IMG/VR virus record: IMGVR_UViG_3300036046_000008
DNA: 48,745 bases
DNA from: a virus
Strand: one strand, 5' to 3'
In this document: positions 6,524 through 16,283 of the stretch, piece after piece
Layout of the letters: each line of letters starts with the position of its first letter
How positions within the stretch are numbered: the stretch's first letter is position 1
Position numbers and translations under genes: made by a program
The notes under the pieces: model-generated
Seen by the model: the letters and a program-made list of their open reading frames with translations, nothing else
Told to the model about the DNA's origin: nothing
The model's database searches: none

Positions 6524-9500
6524 TTAGCTAACGAACGCTTCGAACGAGCCGAAACGTTCAATGGTGTCTACGGCGTCTTCGACCAGAGCTTGATAGAACG
6601 ATTTATCGATGTTCTGCCATTCCGATGGACCCAATTCCTTAACGACGGCGGCCTCCTTCCAGAAATATCCCTTTGTCCCAGACAGCGCGTACTTGCGCCC
6701 GTCTTTGACTCGGTAAAGCGTACCGCCGCCTGTGCCTTCGCGGACCGGAACGAAGCTTCCAGACCGTCCGACAAAGTGCATACGCTCGTCGCCGAAATCG
6801 ATGTAGATGGCGCCATTGGTTACCGAACGGACTTCGCACAAGTCTTGGAGGTGGATCTCGTCATGCGTGAACAAAGTTCGATAGACATATGGGTGTTGGA
6901 ATTGAGCGCCGACAGCGTCCCATTTGTCGCCTTCTCGGGCGATGTAAACGGCGTCGTTGACAAGACAGAATTTCTCGTATGTCTTCTCGTGGTCGAACGT
7001 GTACCCGTATCGCTCGCCAAATTCGGTTACAAACTGAATAATATCGGGCGTGGCATTAGGGATCTTGACTGAGTCCGTCTTAATATGCACTACCGGGAAG
7101 CCTTGTTCCTGGATGGCATGCTTGAGATCAATCATGAACAAAGCGCCACGCTTCGCGACGATGTTGTCTTTATTTCGAGGATCGCGGAACACCGTATCAA
7201 ATTTGGCACTGGTTAGGCCATAGACAATATTGATGACGATCTTCAACGCATGAGACAAGTCTTTGGCGGACTGGGTATCAGCGTCTGAGATAAAAGAAGC
7301 TAATTTTCCATCTAGCATCTGCGCCGCAGCAGAATAATCGCCTTTCTTAATGGCGAGCCGCGCGTCGAGCAGATCGTTAAAGTTCTTTGTATAAGGCCCG
7401 AACAAATTTAGAAGGCGAATAGACGTCGGGTGCATCGAGGCAACGTCAAGAACCGCAACATTCTCGTACATCCCTGGTTCAGCGTATACGTACCCGCCTT
7501 CACTAGGATCCTCGCCACGGTAAGAGCTTTTGCCGCCCTCGAAAATATAACCCGGAAACAACTCGCTGAGATCTGTATAGACGAATGAGCCTTGAGGAGA
7601 GGGGTCTCCCTCAAATACGATTCGCGCCGTGTGCTTCTGCGTAGTGTCGTTGACGCTGAGCCCGCTGATCGAAGCGAGAATCTGTCTCGCGACAAAGTCC
7701 TGGGCCCTGGACTCCGCGACTTTCTCCGTTGCAACGACATCGTTGGCGCAATAGTCGGCAACTTCGATCCAACGCTCCTCTGGCACCGGCTCGTCCCACG
7801 GGTGGTCGAGCTCTTTGTGGACGATGCCGAGCTCGATCTGGAACTTCTTCAGTCCTTGCTTCTTGGACGAGTAGTCGTACACATCGGCGTAAGATAGCCC
7901 ATACGCCTCGCCGAAGGTGGCGTTGCGGTTCTTGTCCACAATCAAAGCTTGACTGAGTCTATACAAACGCTCATTGTCGTAACCCAAGAACGCAGCGTAC
8001 AAAATATGGTTGTCATAGCGTCTGTTGTTGAACCCCACGAGCTTTTGAGCAAGAAGAGGTTCGATGTCATCGGGCTTCGGATTGATCATCCGCACAACAG
8101 GGTGATCGCCCTCAAACTTCCAACACAACACGAACAGGTTAGGGTACACCTCAACGTCGAAATATACGAGCGCGTCGCCTTCTCCGGAGATAGAGACTGT
8201 ACGATCCTCCGACTTAAACTTCATCTCCCTGACAAGCCGCAGACATTCCAACGGTCGGTTCGTGCTGTTGTTGGCGAAAGCCACGATCGAGGACCGCAGA
8301 TCTGTGACATCATAGCTCAAGTCAGAAGAATATGCGTCATCCAAGACCTTCTTGATGAAGTCGATTGACGACTTCGTGTTAGGATGAATCTCCTTTCTCA
8401 AATTTCGAGCAATCATCTCTCGAAGCCCGCGCTCAGATTTGATCTGTTTGACATCGATCATCTTTCTCTCCTTCATAGGCAACCCGCTTGTGATTTGCGC
8501 AACTTCATGGTCGTTGCATCGCGACAGCCTACGGCGAAGAGACGAGTCCCCGAGCAAAGTTTTAATCTCAATGCCCGGAGAGTACTCGTTATCTAGTTCT
8601 TTGATGTCGCCGTTGTAAATATAATGCAGATGCAGCCCTTTCCCGCTCATACTCAACTCAGTATAGGTTGGCGGCCACGCACTAGCAGCTTCAAGATTCT
8701 TATCGAGGGACTTCTCTCCACTTTCATCGCGCAAATCGAAATCGATCACAATATGATTCTTAGGAATCTTGACGTAATGCACCAGCGAAGTGTCCAGATC
8801 GGTCAGGGTGGTCTTGACTAAGCCCCAACGCTTACTAGGCTTACCTGTTTCTGTGGCGTACTGAGCCGGCATGTCTGCCAAAATATCGTCAAGCAACGAT
8901 CGGCGTTGAGCCAGATTGATTGAGAACGATTTAGGCGACGACGGAGCGACCCCAGTCAACTTCTCCAGCTTGAAGTCTTTGAACAAGCTGTACACCTCCT
9001 GACCGTCGACCATCGTTCTCTCTACGAAATTCTCGTAGTAATTCATCATCTCGTTACGAAATATCTGCATCTGCATCGGTTTGTTGTTTGACTCGGTGCA
9101 GAATTCCTTATACAAAGCATAGGCCCTTTTAAGGGTAATCCCGTCCGGCGCTTTCAACTCGGGCAAATATGCTTCGACGAAGTTGTAGAACACGTTGGTT
9201 GAATACATCATCTTCGTGGGGCGGTAGTTGTCATAATAATTCTTGCCCATGCTTTGATACACTCGAAGACAGTGCGATGCAATAGCGCCGAGTTCAAATT
9301 CGATCCTCGACATCAACACTTGATAATGATCAAACGTGTGCAAATTTCCGGTTGGTTGGACATCGATCAGTCGCCGCAATAAACCAGACCGAGAGTCACT
9401 AATCTTGACGGGGTTGTTAGTGCCCATAAACAGAAACGTGTTGATGCGTACATTATACTGAGATTTATACTTCTCGTTGATCACCATATTCTCATGAGAG

Positions 9501-10225
9501 ACCAACGAATTCAACCTGGTGTTGTCCTCAATCCGGGACAAATCGCCATCGTGTTGGATTCCCACCAACGGGTTCTCTTTGAAGACCTCCAAGGCAAAAG
9601 AGGTCCCGTTGGACCCGAGCGCCTTCGCGTCAAAGACGTTCGTATAGCCGGAGAATAGACGCTCAATAATATGAAGGACTGTGGATTTACCGGTCTTCGC
9701 GGAGCCATAAAGCACAATAAACTTCTGAATGTCGACAGAGTCTCCCGCCACAACGGAGCCGATTGCCCACTCAATCTTAGCGAGCTCCTCCTCAGAATAT
9801 AGCTTTCCAACCAGTTCGTCCCATGCGTCGTGTGCACCATCCTCTAGGGCGTAGTCAAGACGATGGCTGATGTAGTCGGTCTTCTTGACTTTCGTATTGG
9901 AGAACGCCAGGAACTGGTTCAACTGATGATAATTGTTCTCGTTGTTCCGCACATAGCGCAAAAATGCGTCATGCGACCCGGTAGAGTGCTCTTCCATCCA
10001 GCGAATATAAGGCTGATCAAACTCCGCGGCGACTCGGCGGAGCTCTGCATCGACAAGCTCAACCACCCTGTAAATATCCGTCGACCAGAGCCCCGCTTCC
10101 TCGTCCCAGATGGCATAAAACTTCCCGCCGCGCGTCATCAAGTCTCGCGACTTACGACTGAGGAATTCAGGGTAGACTTCGGTCTTCTTTCCGTTCTTTC
10201 GAACCTTTGCCTTGAAGAAGTCCAC
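6524..10225 (-). CDS. Multidomain replicase: P-loop (SF3-helicase-like) + primase-polymerase (AEP-like) + family B DNA polymerase with 3'-5' exonuclease
   Basis: 1233 aa; Walker A GSAKTGKST and LFMGTNNP; AEP-like VIDFDLRD and SGKGLHLHY; exo motifs FDVEV, GFNNRRYD, YCAND; pol motifs DVASMHPT, KIVINIVYG, KTDS; GTG start with GAAGGAGGGAG RBS. Confidence 0.7.
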   Translation of the reverse strand: MDFFKAKVRKNGKKTEVYPEFLSRKSRDLMTRGGKFYAIWDEEAGLWSTDIYRVVELVDAELRRVAAEFDQPYIRWMEEHSTGSHDAFLRYVRNNENNYHQLNQFLAFSNTKVKKTDYISHRLDYALEDGAHDAWDELVGKLYSEEELAKIEWAIGSVVAGDSVDIQKFIVLYGSAKTGKSTVLHIIERLFSGYTNVFDAKALGSNGTSFALEVFKENPLVGIQHDGDLSRIEDNTRLNSLVSHENMVINEKYKSQYNVRINTFLFMGTNNPVKISDSRSGLLRRLIDVQPTGNLHTFDHYQVLMSRIEFELGAIASHCLRVYQSMGKNYYDNYRPTKMMYSTNVFYNFVEAYLPELKAPDGITLKRAYALYKEFCTESNNKPMQMQIFRNEMMNYYENFVERTMVDGQEVYSLFKDFKLEKLTGVAPSSPKSFSINLAQRRSLLDDILADMPAQYATETGKPSKRWGLVKTTLTDLDTSLVHYVKIPKNHIVIDFDLRDESGEKSLDKNLEAASAWPPTYTELSMSGKGLHLHYIYNGDIKELDNEYSPGIEIKTLLGDSSLRRRLSRCNDHEVAQITSGLPMKERKMIDVKQIKSERGLREMIARNLRKEIHPNTKSSIDFIKKVLDDAYSSDLSYDVTDLRSSIVAFANNSTNRPLECLRLVREMKFKSEDRTVSISGEGDALVYFDVEVYPNLFVLCWKFEGDHPVVRMINPKPDDIEPLLAQKLVGFNNRRYDNHILYAAFLGYDNERLYRLSQALIVDKNRNATFGEAYGLSYADVYDYSSKKQGLKKFQIELGIVHKELDHPWDEPVPEERWIEVADYCANDVVATEKVAESRAQDFVARQILASISGLSVNDTTQKHTARIVFEGDPSPQGSFVYTDLSELFPGYIFEGGKSSYRGEDPSEGGYVYAEPGMYENVAVLDVASMHPTSIRLLNLFGPYTKNFNDLLDARLAIKKGDYSAAAQMLDGKLASFISDADTQSAKDLSHALKIVINIVYGLTSAKFDTVFRDPRNKDNIVAKRGALFMIDLKHAIQEQGFPVVHIKTDSVKIPNATPDIIQFVTEFGERYGYTFDHEKTYEKFCLVNDAVYIAREGDKWDAVGAQFQHPYVYRTLFTHDEIHLQDLCEVRSVTNGAIYIDFGDERMHFVGRSGSFVPVREGTGGGTLYRVKDGRKYALSGTKGYFWKEAAVVKELGPSEWQNIDKSFYQALVEDAVDTIERFGSFEAFVS

Positions 10226-10228
10226 CGG

Positions 10229-10774
10229 CTAAACTCCCTCCTTCTCGATGACGTAAGCATTCATCTGATACCAGATTTCTGTATTTCGTTGGTCTCGGGG
10301 CGGATGCATCAGTGGAAACAACCCTCCCGATCCATTGTAATCGTAGGTTCGCCAAATAAACCGATCCAGAATCTCGTCGATCTCCCTTTCTACGGCAGGG
10401 TTACGACTATAATCCCGATCGGAACACGGCGGAAACGACAAATTACGGAGAAAAAGCCAAAAATGGTTACGCGGATCTCCCCCGGCGAGAAAAGCAAAGC
10501 GGCGTGTAAGCGCCACTAGCATCTCAAGGACGGAGCATTTTTGGCCAGGCCAGAACAAATCGGCTTCGGAAATATCATGTGTGTCCAAGAATTCTTCGCG
10601 CAGCACTCGTCCGTCTTCTAGACGGTTATCATCGTTGGGGATAAACCAGATAAACTCCTTGAGATAAAGCTGATTAAACAGACGATGACACGTGCGATTG
10701 GGATTCTTGACGCGCGACGACAGAATGAGCTCATAGAGCCACTCCAAATATCGATCGTCAAGGTATTGGCTCAC
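10229..10774 (-). CDS. hypothetical protein
   Basis: Track ORF 181 aa; ATGA-type overlap with upstream gene. Confidence 0.6.
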   Translation of the reverse strand: MSQYLDDRYLEWLYELILSSRVKNPNRTCHRLFNQLYLKEFIWFIPNDDNRLEDGRVLREEFLDTHDISEADLFWPGQKCSVLEMLVALTRRFAFLAGGDPRNHFWLFLRNLSFPPCSDRDYSRNPAVEREIDEILDRFIWRTYDYNGSGGLFPLMHPPRDQRNTEIWYQMNAYVIEKEGV

Positions 10775-11550
10775 CCATCATCACTCCGAAACTTTCGGAC
10801 TTTCCGGAAGGCGCGTGCTGCATCGTGCTGCAGACTATCTTCCTCGTCATACCCCAGAACGTTCTTCTCCCACGAGCCGTAGTCGATAGTGATCAGAACG
10901 TCTAGGCGAAGCTGGTCGTTACGAATATAGACACAAACATTGTCGTCCGAATACTCGTCGAAACGACTGAGATCGGCGTATTCCCCAATTGTGCGCTCAG
11001 GCAACGAGACGACGGTATCTGTCTCATCGACTAGAGCTCCGTCTTCTTCGTAATAGGTCCACTCGACCTGAGCATTGCTGGGTTCGTTGTAGCGAAACTC
11101 TTCTTCTGTGATCAAATATGGAGTGCGGCCCGGCTCTGGGCGTTCGTCCGATACCGGATGATAAGACGCTTCTTGCAGTTTTTCGAGTGGGATCGGATCG
11201 TCCTTATTGGGGCCGTCGGCGTTAGAACGCTCCGGCACTGTATAGAGTCGGGCGTAATCTGTATAGACTGCGTAATCGGTGTCGACCTCTCCCAGCGGTG
11301 CCGGCTTGGCGTTCTCCTCGCCGTTTGGGGCCGGCACGACCTCGTATTCCTCTCGCTTATACAGAGTTTTGTAATATAGCTGGGCTCGTTTCACCTCCTT
11401 TTGCAGAATATCCTCAGAGCGCTCTGCCATAGCTTGCCGCACGAGAATTCCGCCCACGGTTGCTCCGACGCCGAGCCCCAACGCGTAGAAGCCAAACGGG
11501 GACGTTACCCTATGAGCAAGCATCGCCCGAATCAGGTTCATAGAATTCAC
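10771..11550 (-). CDS. hypothetical membrane-anchored protein
   Basis: 259 aa; N-terminal hydrophobic helix then acidic domain. Confidence 0.55.
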   Translation of the reverse strand: MNSMNLIRAMLAHRVTSPFGFYALGLGVGATVGGILVRQAMAERSEDILQKEVKRAQLYYKTLYKREEYEVVPAPNGEENAKPAPLGEVDTDYAVYTDYARLYTVPERSNADGPNKDDPIPLEKLQEASYHPVSDERPEPGRTPYLITEEEFRYNEPSNAQVEWTYYEEDGALVDETDTVVSLPERTIGEYADLSRFDEYSDDNVCVYIRNDQLRLDVLITIDYGSWEKNVLGYDEEDSLQHDAARAFRKVRKFRSDDG

Positions 11551-12500
11551 ACCTCTCGAAAGTTAACTCGGTCGACAATGACGCCATCCACGTTAAAATC
11601 GAGAAACACGGACAGCTCGCGCCCGTTTACAAAATCCCGCAAACGCGGATCATCTCCGTGCAGGAACCCGAAGTCAATATAGTTGTCTCCGGTTCCGTCC
11701 TCGTTGATGCGCCAGCCAACAACCTGCCCAGCTTTGGACCGTTCCATTCCGAGCATGTCGTAGACCTCGTTCAGGAACACATGTCCCTTTGCCTTAAGCA
11801 AATCGTTCGCATAGTTCTGCTGAGCGCGCAGGAACAGATAGTTGGCGTGCGGCACGTCCTGCCAATGCTGGTTGTACTCGTCAAAGAAACGAGCATACGG
11901 CGAATATGCGGTCTCTCCGATACGCTTACGCTCAACTACCTCTTTCGAACCTGTGTCTTTGTTCTCGATCGCCACGCGCTCAGAATATGCGTCGTAACGC
12001 AGGTCACGCTCAACTTCCTCACCGAATTCCTGCCGAACCCGATCGCGATACAGCTTGAACGCCCGGTCCAGTCCATTGTATGCCACCGTCAGGGCAGCCA
12101 CACGAGTGTTGAGGATGAAGTGCGCACGAGCAAACGCGGCGACGGTCAGGGTGCCCACCAAGATTGTGGGGGCGTACAGCCGACCCACGTCAACAAAGGT
12201 CCGCGTGTAAATATAGATGCGATCCCGCAGTGCATCTTCCTCCGTATAGTGATGCTTGGCCACCATCTCGGAGTCTTGCTCGACAGTGCGCACGTTCTGC
12301 AGGTCCTGCTGCGTCTTCTGCAGAACCTCATCGACGCGGAGAGTCGCCCGCGACGCCAGAACGGTGGTTGCCGCAAATCCTACCACGCCCGCACCGAACA
12401 GAATATGAGGCGAGTTAACCTTGCCCGCCAAGACCAGCCGCCCCATCTTTTGGGAGACGGCTGGTGACATGGCTTTTCTAATAAGTTGCAACTTGTTCAT
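11547..12500 (-). CDS. membrane protein, paralog of 15329..16117
   Basis: Track ORF trimmed to ATG at 12500 with GAAAGGA RBS; shares N-terminal TM pattern and C-terminal blocks with 15329..16117. Confidence 0.55.
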   Translation of the reverse strand: MNKLQLIRKAMSPAVSQKMGRLVLAGKVNSPHILFGAGVVGFAATTVLASRATLRVDEVLQKTQQDLQNVRTVEQDSEMVAKHHYTEEDALRDRIYIYTRTFVDVGRLYAPTILVGTLTVAAFARAHFILNTRVAALTVAYNGLDRAFKLYRDRVRQEFGEEVERDLRYDAYSERVAIENKDTGSKEVVERKRIGETAYSPYARFFDEYNQHWQDVPHANYLFLRAQQNYANDLLKAKGHVFLNEVYDMLGMERSKAGQVVGWRINEDGTGDNYIDFGFLHGDDPRLRDFVNGRELSVFLDFNVDGVIVDRVNFREV

Positions 12501-12510
12501 CTTAGTCCTT

Positions 12511-13197
12511 TCAGTCCAGTGGTTCGGGTTGCGAGAGATCGAGCAAATATCCGGACGAGATCCGCCGGACTTTGGCGCCACTTAGATCGTACCAACCCCA
12601 ATTGGCGTCGGTGTACGCCGGAGTCAGATCCAGCAGGTTGTAGAGATCTGAGACGGACACGTGCTGATAGCGATCGAGCAGATCATACATCCGATCCAGG
12701 ACTTCGTGCGCCTCGGCCCGTGTTGTTAGAACCACCTCTTCAAAATTGTGGCTAGTACGGGCTCTCCGACTCAACTCTCGGCGAGGCTGTCTGTCGTCCG
12801 GAAAAGGCGGACGCGTTCGGCTACCACGCCCGGCGTACTGCTCGTACTGAGTGTAAACTCGCGGTCGGCCACCACGCCCAGACCGAACTCTCGGATTGTA
12901 GTAGTGACTGTCCCCGAATAAGAGCCGCTCAATTCCGCCGCTCACCGCATCAGTGATCATGTCTTTCGCAGCGGGAATAAGCACGTCAAGAACCACATAC
13001 TGTCGAACGTTCTGCGCATCGGCCCCTAGGAACGTCTCACGGACTCGACTGCCAAGAGACCGTTTTCTACGAACCACACGGTTGACAACGACCTTCTCGA
13101 TCTTCTTGTCTTCAGCCGGCGGGGCGGGAGGAGGCGCCGGCTGCTGGAACGCTGTGCGCGTGTTTGGAGGAAACTCTTCCATAATATAACCTTCCAT
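12511..13197 (-). CDS. hypothetical protein
   Basis: Track ORF 228 aa; Pro-rich N-terminus. Confidence 0.5.
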   Translation of the reverse strand: MEGYIMEEFPPNTRTAFQQPAPPPAPPAEDKKIEKVVVNRVVRRKRSLGSRVRETFLGADAQNVRQYVVLDVLIPAAKDMITDAVSGGIERLLFGDSHYYNPRVRSGRGGRPRVYTQYEQYAGRGSRTRPPFPDDRQPRRELSRRARTSHNFEEVVLTTRAEAHEVLDRMYDLLDRYQHVSVSDLYNLLDLTPAYTDANWGWYDLSGAKVRRISSGYLLDLSQPEPLD

Positions 13198-13202
13198 TAG
13201 TC

Positions 13203-13239
13203 AAAAATAAAAACTAAAGATCCTTGTGGGGATCTTTAG
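13203..13239 (-). terminator. Intrinsic-terminator-like hairpin (conserved-loop family)
   Basis: Plus CTAAAGATCC-TTGTGG-GGATCTTTAG preceded by A-run, so U-tract on minus-strand RNA; downstream of 13253..13516. Confidence 0.55.
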
Positions 13240-13252
13240 CTCTGAGAGGTTC

Positions 13253-13516
13253 TCAGGGGGTAGGGGTGTCCTCAGTCGTTCCAGAGGTGTCAGGATCGAG
13301 GATCGTGCACAGTGCATTGTCAACATAGTTGGCAGCGTACTGTCCGGCAATCGCGCCCAACGTGATGGAGCCGATAGCAATCTGCATTTTCTGCAAAGGG
13401 CTATCGTCTTCCATTCCGTTAGACGAGAAAGTCCGGCTAGTAGCGCCAGCCACACTAGAGGCGACGACATACCGTACAAACGATCGAGCGATCCGAATTT
13501 TGGTCTCGGTGCGCAT
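13253..13516 (-). CDS. hypothetical protein
   Basis: Track ORF 87 aa; promoter element and GAAAGGAAG RBS upstream. Confidence 0.55.
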   Translation of the reverse strand: MRTETKIRIARSFVRYVVASSVAGATSRTFSSNGMEDDSPLQKMQIAIGSITLGAIAGQYAANYVDNALCTILDPDTSGTTEDTPTP

Positions 13517-13533
13517 GGGGATGCTTCCTTTCT

Positions 13534-13570
13534 GTAGGGGGTCTCATTATACGGCATGCAATTTTCGCGA
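13534..13570 (-). promoter_or_regulatory. Conserved promoter-like element copy (closest to consensus)
   Basis: Minus strand TCGCGAAAATTGCATGCCGTATAATGAGACCCCCTAC then GAAAGGAAG then ATG. Confidence 0.6.
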
Positions 13571-13649
13571 GAGACGGGCGCATGTTCAACTCGTGGCGTG
13601 GGCGGTAGCTACGCCAACAGGTTCTTCGGCTGTCGTTTAAAACCAGCAT

Positions 13650-13680
13650 CCGGTATAGGGGCCAACCCCCTACAGGAAAA
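13650..13680 (-). terminator. Hairpin downstream of 13711..14223 (different family)
   Basis: Plus TAGGGG-CCAA-CCCCTA palindrome. Confidence 0.35.
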
Positions 13681-13710
13681 CCCCTTGCTGGCTCCCGTCA
13701 TGCCCTGTGC

Positions 13711-14223
13711 TTACGCGCGATTCTGAAGGTGCGCGAGAAGCTGCTCTCTCGACATCGACTCCAACTCCGCTTGCGACAGTGTCGTCTCTGTGATCTCGGG
13801 CTCAGCCAAAGGAACGGTTTCGACCGTAGCGCGCTGCGCCTGCTGAATAAGATCGTTAGGCATCACCGCCAACATGAACTGAGCGGCCTTCTCCGGATTT
13901 TCGAACAAAGAGAACAGAAACGCGTCATACGCCGCGGTGTCCTTGAACGCCATCCAAATATCATCCGACTTAGAGAAGCGCTGCCCGTCAGCGCTACGCT
14001 CCCCGTAGGATAGCCGCACAATCTCCTTGACCAGTGCCAAAATCTTGGTAAGTTCCGGCAGAGTTACCTCGCGAACGTCCCCCTCGAGCATGGACTGGAT
14101 TTCCTGCATCTTCTCTCCAAGATGCAGATGGTCGACTAGCTCAGTCTTGGTGATGTTGAAATATAGCGTGCTTGTCTGCGTATTCCCGTTGAAATCTTCG
14201 TAGGTGATAGTCTGCTTATACAT
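13711..14223 (-). CDS. hypothetical protein
   Basis: Track ORF 170 aa. Confidence 0.6.
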   Translation of the reverse strand: MYKQTITYEDFNGNTQTSTLYFNITKTELVDHLHLGEKMQEIQSMLEGDVREVTLPELTKILALVKEIVRLSYGERSADGQRFSKSDDIWMAFKDTAAYDAFLFSLFENPEKAAQFMLAVMPNDLIQQAQRATVETVPLAEPEITETTLSQAELESMSREQLLAHLQNRA

Positions 14224-14566
14224 CCTCGTCCTCCGTGTCGTCTGGGTCTGTCCGCGGCGGGTTCAGTTCCTCAACCAGAATCGCATATAACAAAATCAGA
14301 TAGTTAATATGATCGATAATCTTTTCGTCCCACTCTTCGAGCGAGTGGGTATGAGGAGACTTCGCCATATCAAATATCGACACCGTATGCTTCGCCAGCA
14401 TCCCCGCAAGGGCGCCCGGGCGACTTGTATGCTGCAGATTCGCAGCGGTAGTAAAGTTCGCTAGAACGTCGACCTCCTTGGCGTACTCGCCTCGTTTAAA
14501 AGTTAAGACTGACGAGACTTGTTGGAAAATATGCCCCAACAAGGCGTCAAACTCTGCTTTCCTCAA
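14216..14566 (-). CDS. hypothetical protein (start inferred, TTG)
   Basis: Track ORF 14216..14773 has N-terminus overlapping gene 14628..14855 and a hairpin; trimmed to TTG after GGAGGAG RBS. Confidence 0.4.
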   Translation of the reverse strand: MRKAEFDALLGHIFQQVSSVLTFKRGEYAKEVDVLANFTTAANLQHTSRPGALAGMLAKHTVSIFDMAKSPHTHSLEEWDEKIIDHINYLILLYAILVEELNPPRTDPDDTEDEDV

Positions 14567-14580
14567 AACAACTCCTCCCA

Positions 14581-14616
14581 AAGAAAAACTAAAGAGCCTT
14601 GTTAGGGGCTCTTTAG
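14581..14616 (-). terminator. Intrinsic-terminator-like hairpin (conserved-loop family)
   Basis: Plus CTAAAGAGCC-TTGTTAGG-GGCTCTTTAG; U-tract follows on minus strand. Confidence 0.55.
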
Positions 14617-14627
14617 CTTTTGTGGAC

Positions 14628-14855
14628 TCAGATCTCGTCGGGGGTCGACTCGTCCGTCTTCTCCGGCTTGTTCTCGCAGTCGTCCGACTCCTCGGAGGTC
14701 GTCGACGTGAGAGCGTAGCCGAGCAGAAGGCCGGCGGCAAGCGTACCGCCAACAATGGCGACGCGCTTCCCAAGGGCCTTCCAGTCGACCACGATCACGG
14801 TCTTCGACTCGCTAGGAGCGTCGGCCGCGGGAGCGGGGGTCGGGGTGTGGGACAT
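14628..14855 (-). CDS. small membrane protein
   Basis: Track ORF 75 aa; central hydrophobic helix; promoter element upstream. Confidence 0.55.
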   Translation of the reverse strand: MSHTPTPAPAADAPSESKTVIVVDWKALGKRVAIVGGTLAAGLLLGYALTSTTSEESDDCENKPEKTDESTPDEI

Positions 14856-14871
14856 GGTGTTTCCTTCCTGT

Positions 14872-14912
14872 GAGGGGGTTTGGTCTCACTATAGAGGATG
14901 TAATTTTCGCGA
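14872..14912 (-). promoter_or_regulatory. Conserved promoter-like element copy (variant TATAGT)
   Basis: Minus strand TCGCGAAAATTACATCCTCTATAGTGAGACCAAACCCCCTC. Confidence 0.5.
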
Positions 14913-15290
14913 TTACTCGGTCTCGCAGAGCTCGAGAATATACGCTCCCGCCTCGTCAACGACGTCGCCAATTGTCAGATCCTCCGGCAACTTTGCCAGA
15001 AGGTCGTTGTCTGGCGCGAGCTCGGATACCTCACTAACCAAGGTGTCGCGATCCGGCAACTCATCACCCGCAAAGGTGAACAACATGGCGCCCATCTGCT
15101 CTGACGTGTCCACGCCAAAGAAAGCCAGCGCCTGGCAGAATTCCTCGGGGTCCTGCCCACCCTCGTAGAACACCTCATCCAGCTCGGCCCGCATTTCTTC
15201 TTGCCAAGTGGGGCCGCTATCCGCGCAGCCCGCCAAGGTCAAGATGCCGACCGTGGTAATTGCCGCGTACTTGCCAATCTTCTTCCACAT
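14913..15290 (-). CDS. putative lipoprotein
   Basis: 125 aa; signal peptide with lipobox LTLAGC; acidic mature part. Confidence 0.6.
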   Translation of the reverse strand: MWKKIGKYAAITTVGILTLAGCADSGPTWQEEMRAELDEVFYEGGQDPEEFCQALAFFGVDTSEQMGAMLFTFAGDELPDRDTLVSEVSELAPDNDLLAKLPEDLTIGDVVDEAGAYILELCETE

Positions 15291-15304
15291 TGTGATGCTC
15301 CTTT

Positions 15305-15335
15305 AAATATAGGGGGTTTAAATGTTGTCTAACTC
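15305..15335 (-). promoter_or_regulatory. Degenerate copy of promoter-like element
   Basis: Minus strand CATTTAAACCCCCTATATTTAAAGGAGCA before ATG of 14913..15290. Confidence 0.3.
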
Positions 15336-16117
15336 ACACGGTTGTAGTGTCGTGTCGGACTCACCATAAAATCCATGACAATGCACGGCCGATCGTCGTC
15401 TGCCATGGTGGTAGAGAACCGCAACTCCAAGAGCAGGTCTGAATTCCAACCGATGTCGTCAGAGAACTTCGTTAGATCTAGACCAAGTTGATTGTACAGA
15501 TCGCTCAGAGACGCGTAGAAGTCGTTGATGATCTTCTTGTTAATGTAGTTTTCTGCTCTCCTCATTGCCTCCATATCACTGTAGAAATATCGCCCTGCGT
15601 AGAGGTCATAGCACAGCACTGTGCCTACACCTTGAATAATGGGTTGATTGCGAACAGGGTTATCACGTACCCGATCTTGCGCAATCTCGTCTCTCAGTGC
15701 CCGTTCTTTACTTGAGCCCAGCTGCTCGGTAACCTTGTGCTTATACTCGGTGAACGCGCGCTCTGTCAGAGAATATGCAGCGACCATGGCGGCTGTCCGA
15801 CGATTACTGACATATACGGCGGCGATCAGGCACGCGCAAGAGACTACACCACTTGCTACCGCGGGAATATAAAGACGCCACGTCAACGAGACGATGTCTT
15901 CTTGAGCCAACGGTTCGGCAACGACATAGTTCTGAGCTGCGTCGTCTGCCCGCCGGTCTTTCTCCTCCTCGAGAATATAGGCGGCTCGAAAACCGGCTTG
16001 TGACGCAAGCACCGTCGTTGTAACAACCCCGGCAAGCCCTACAGTTGCAAGTAATGTAGGCGCATTGTCGACGAGAAACTTTTGCGACATCCGCATCACA
16101 TCAGTCAACATCGTCAC
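15329..16117 (-). CDS. membrane protein, paralog of 11547..12500 (start uncertain)
   Basis: Track ORF 262 aa; shared TM and C-terminal blocks with 11547..12500. Confidence 0.55.
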   Translation of the reverse strand: MTMLTDVMRMSQKFLVDNAPTLLATVGLAGVVTTTVLASQAGFRAAYILEEEKDRRADDAAQNYVVAEPLAQEDIVSLTWRLYIPAVASGVVSCACLIAAVYVSNRRTAAMVAAYSLTERAFTEYKHKVTEQLGSSKERALRDEIAQDRVRDNPVRNQPIIQGVGTVLCYDLYAGRYFYSDMEAMRRAENYINKKIINDFYASLSDLYNQLGLDLTKFSDDIGWNSDLLLELRFSTTMADDDRPCIVMDFMVSPTRHYNRVS

Positions 16118-16283
16118 TCCTCTCCATCATCTGTTCTAATAGTCGAATTTCACGTTCACGCTTTATTTGGTAATAATATGCTCGCGTCAATAAGACCGTG
16201 ACAAACGAGCATAAGAGAAACGACGTACTGAGAAAGATATATGCCGCTAAAACCCAGATGTCGCCTGGAACCGACGATCTCAC
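16101..16283 (-). CDS. small membrane protein
   Basis: 60 aa; GTG start after AGGAGGA RBS; hydrophobic core. Confidence 0.5.
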   Translation of the reverse strand: MRSSVPGDIWVLAAYIFLSTSFLLCSFVTVLLTRAYYYQIKREREIRLLEQMMERSDDVD

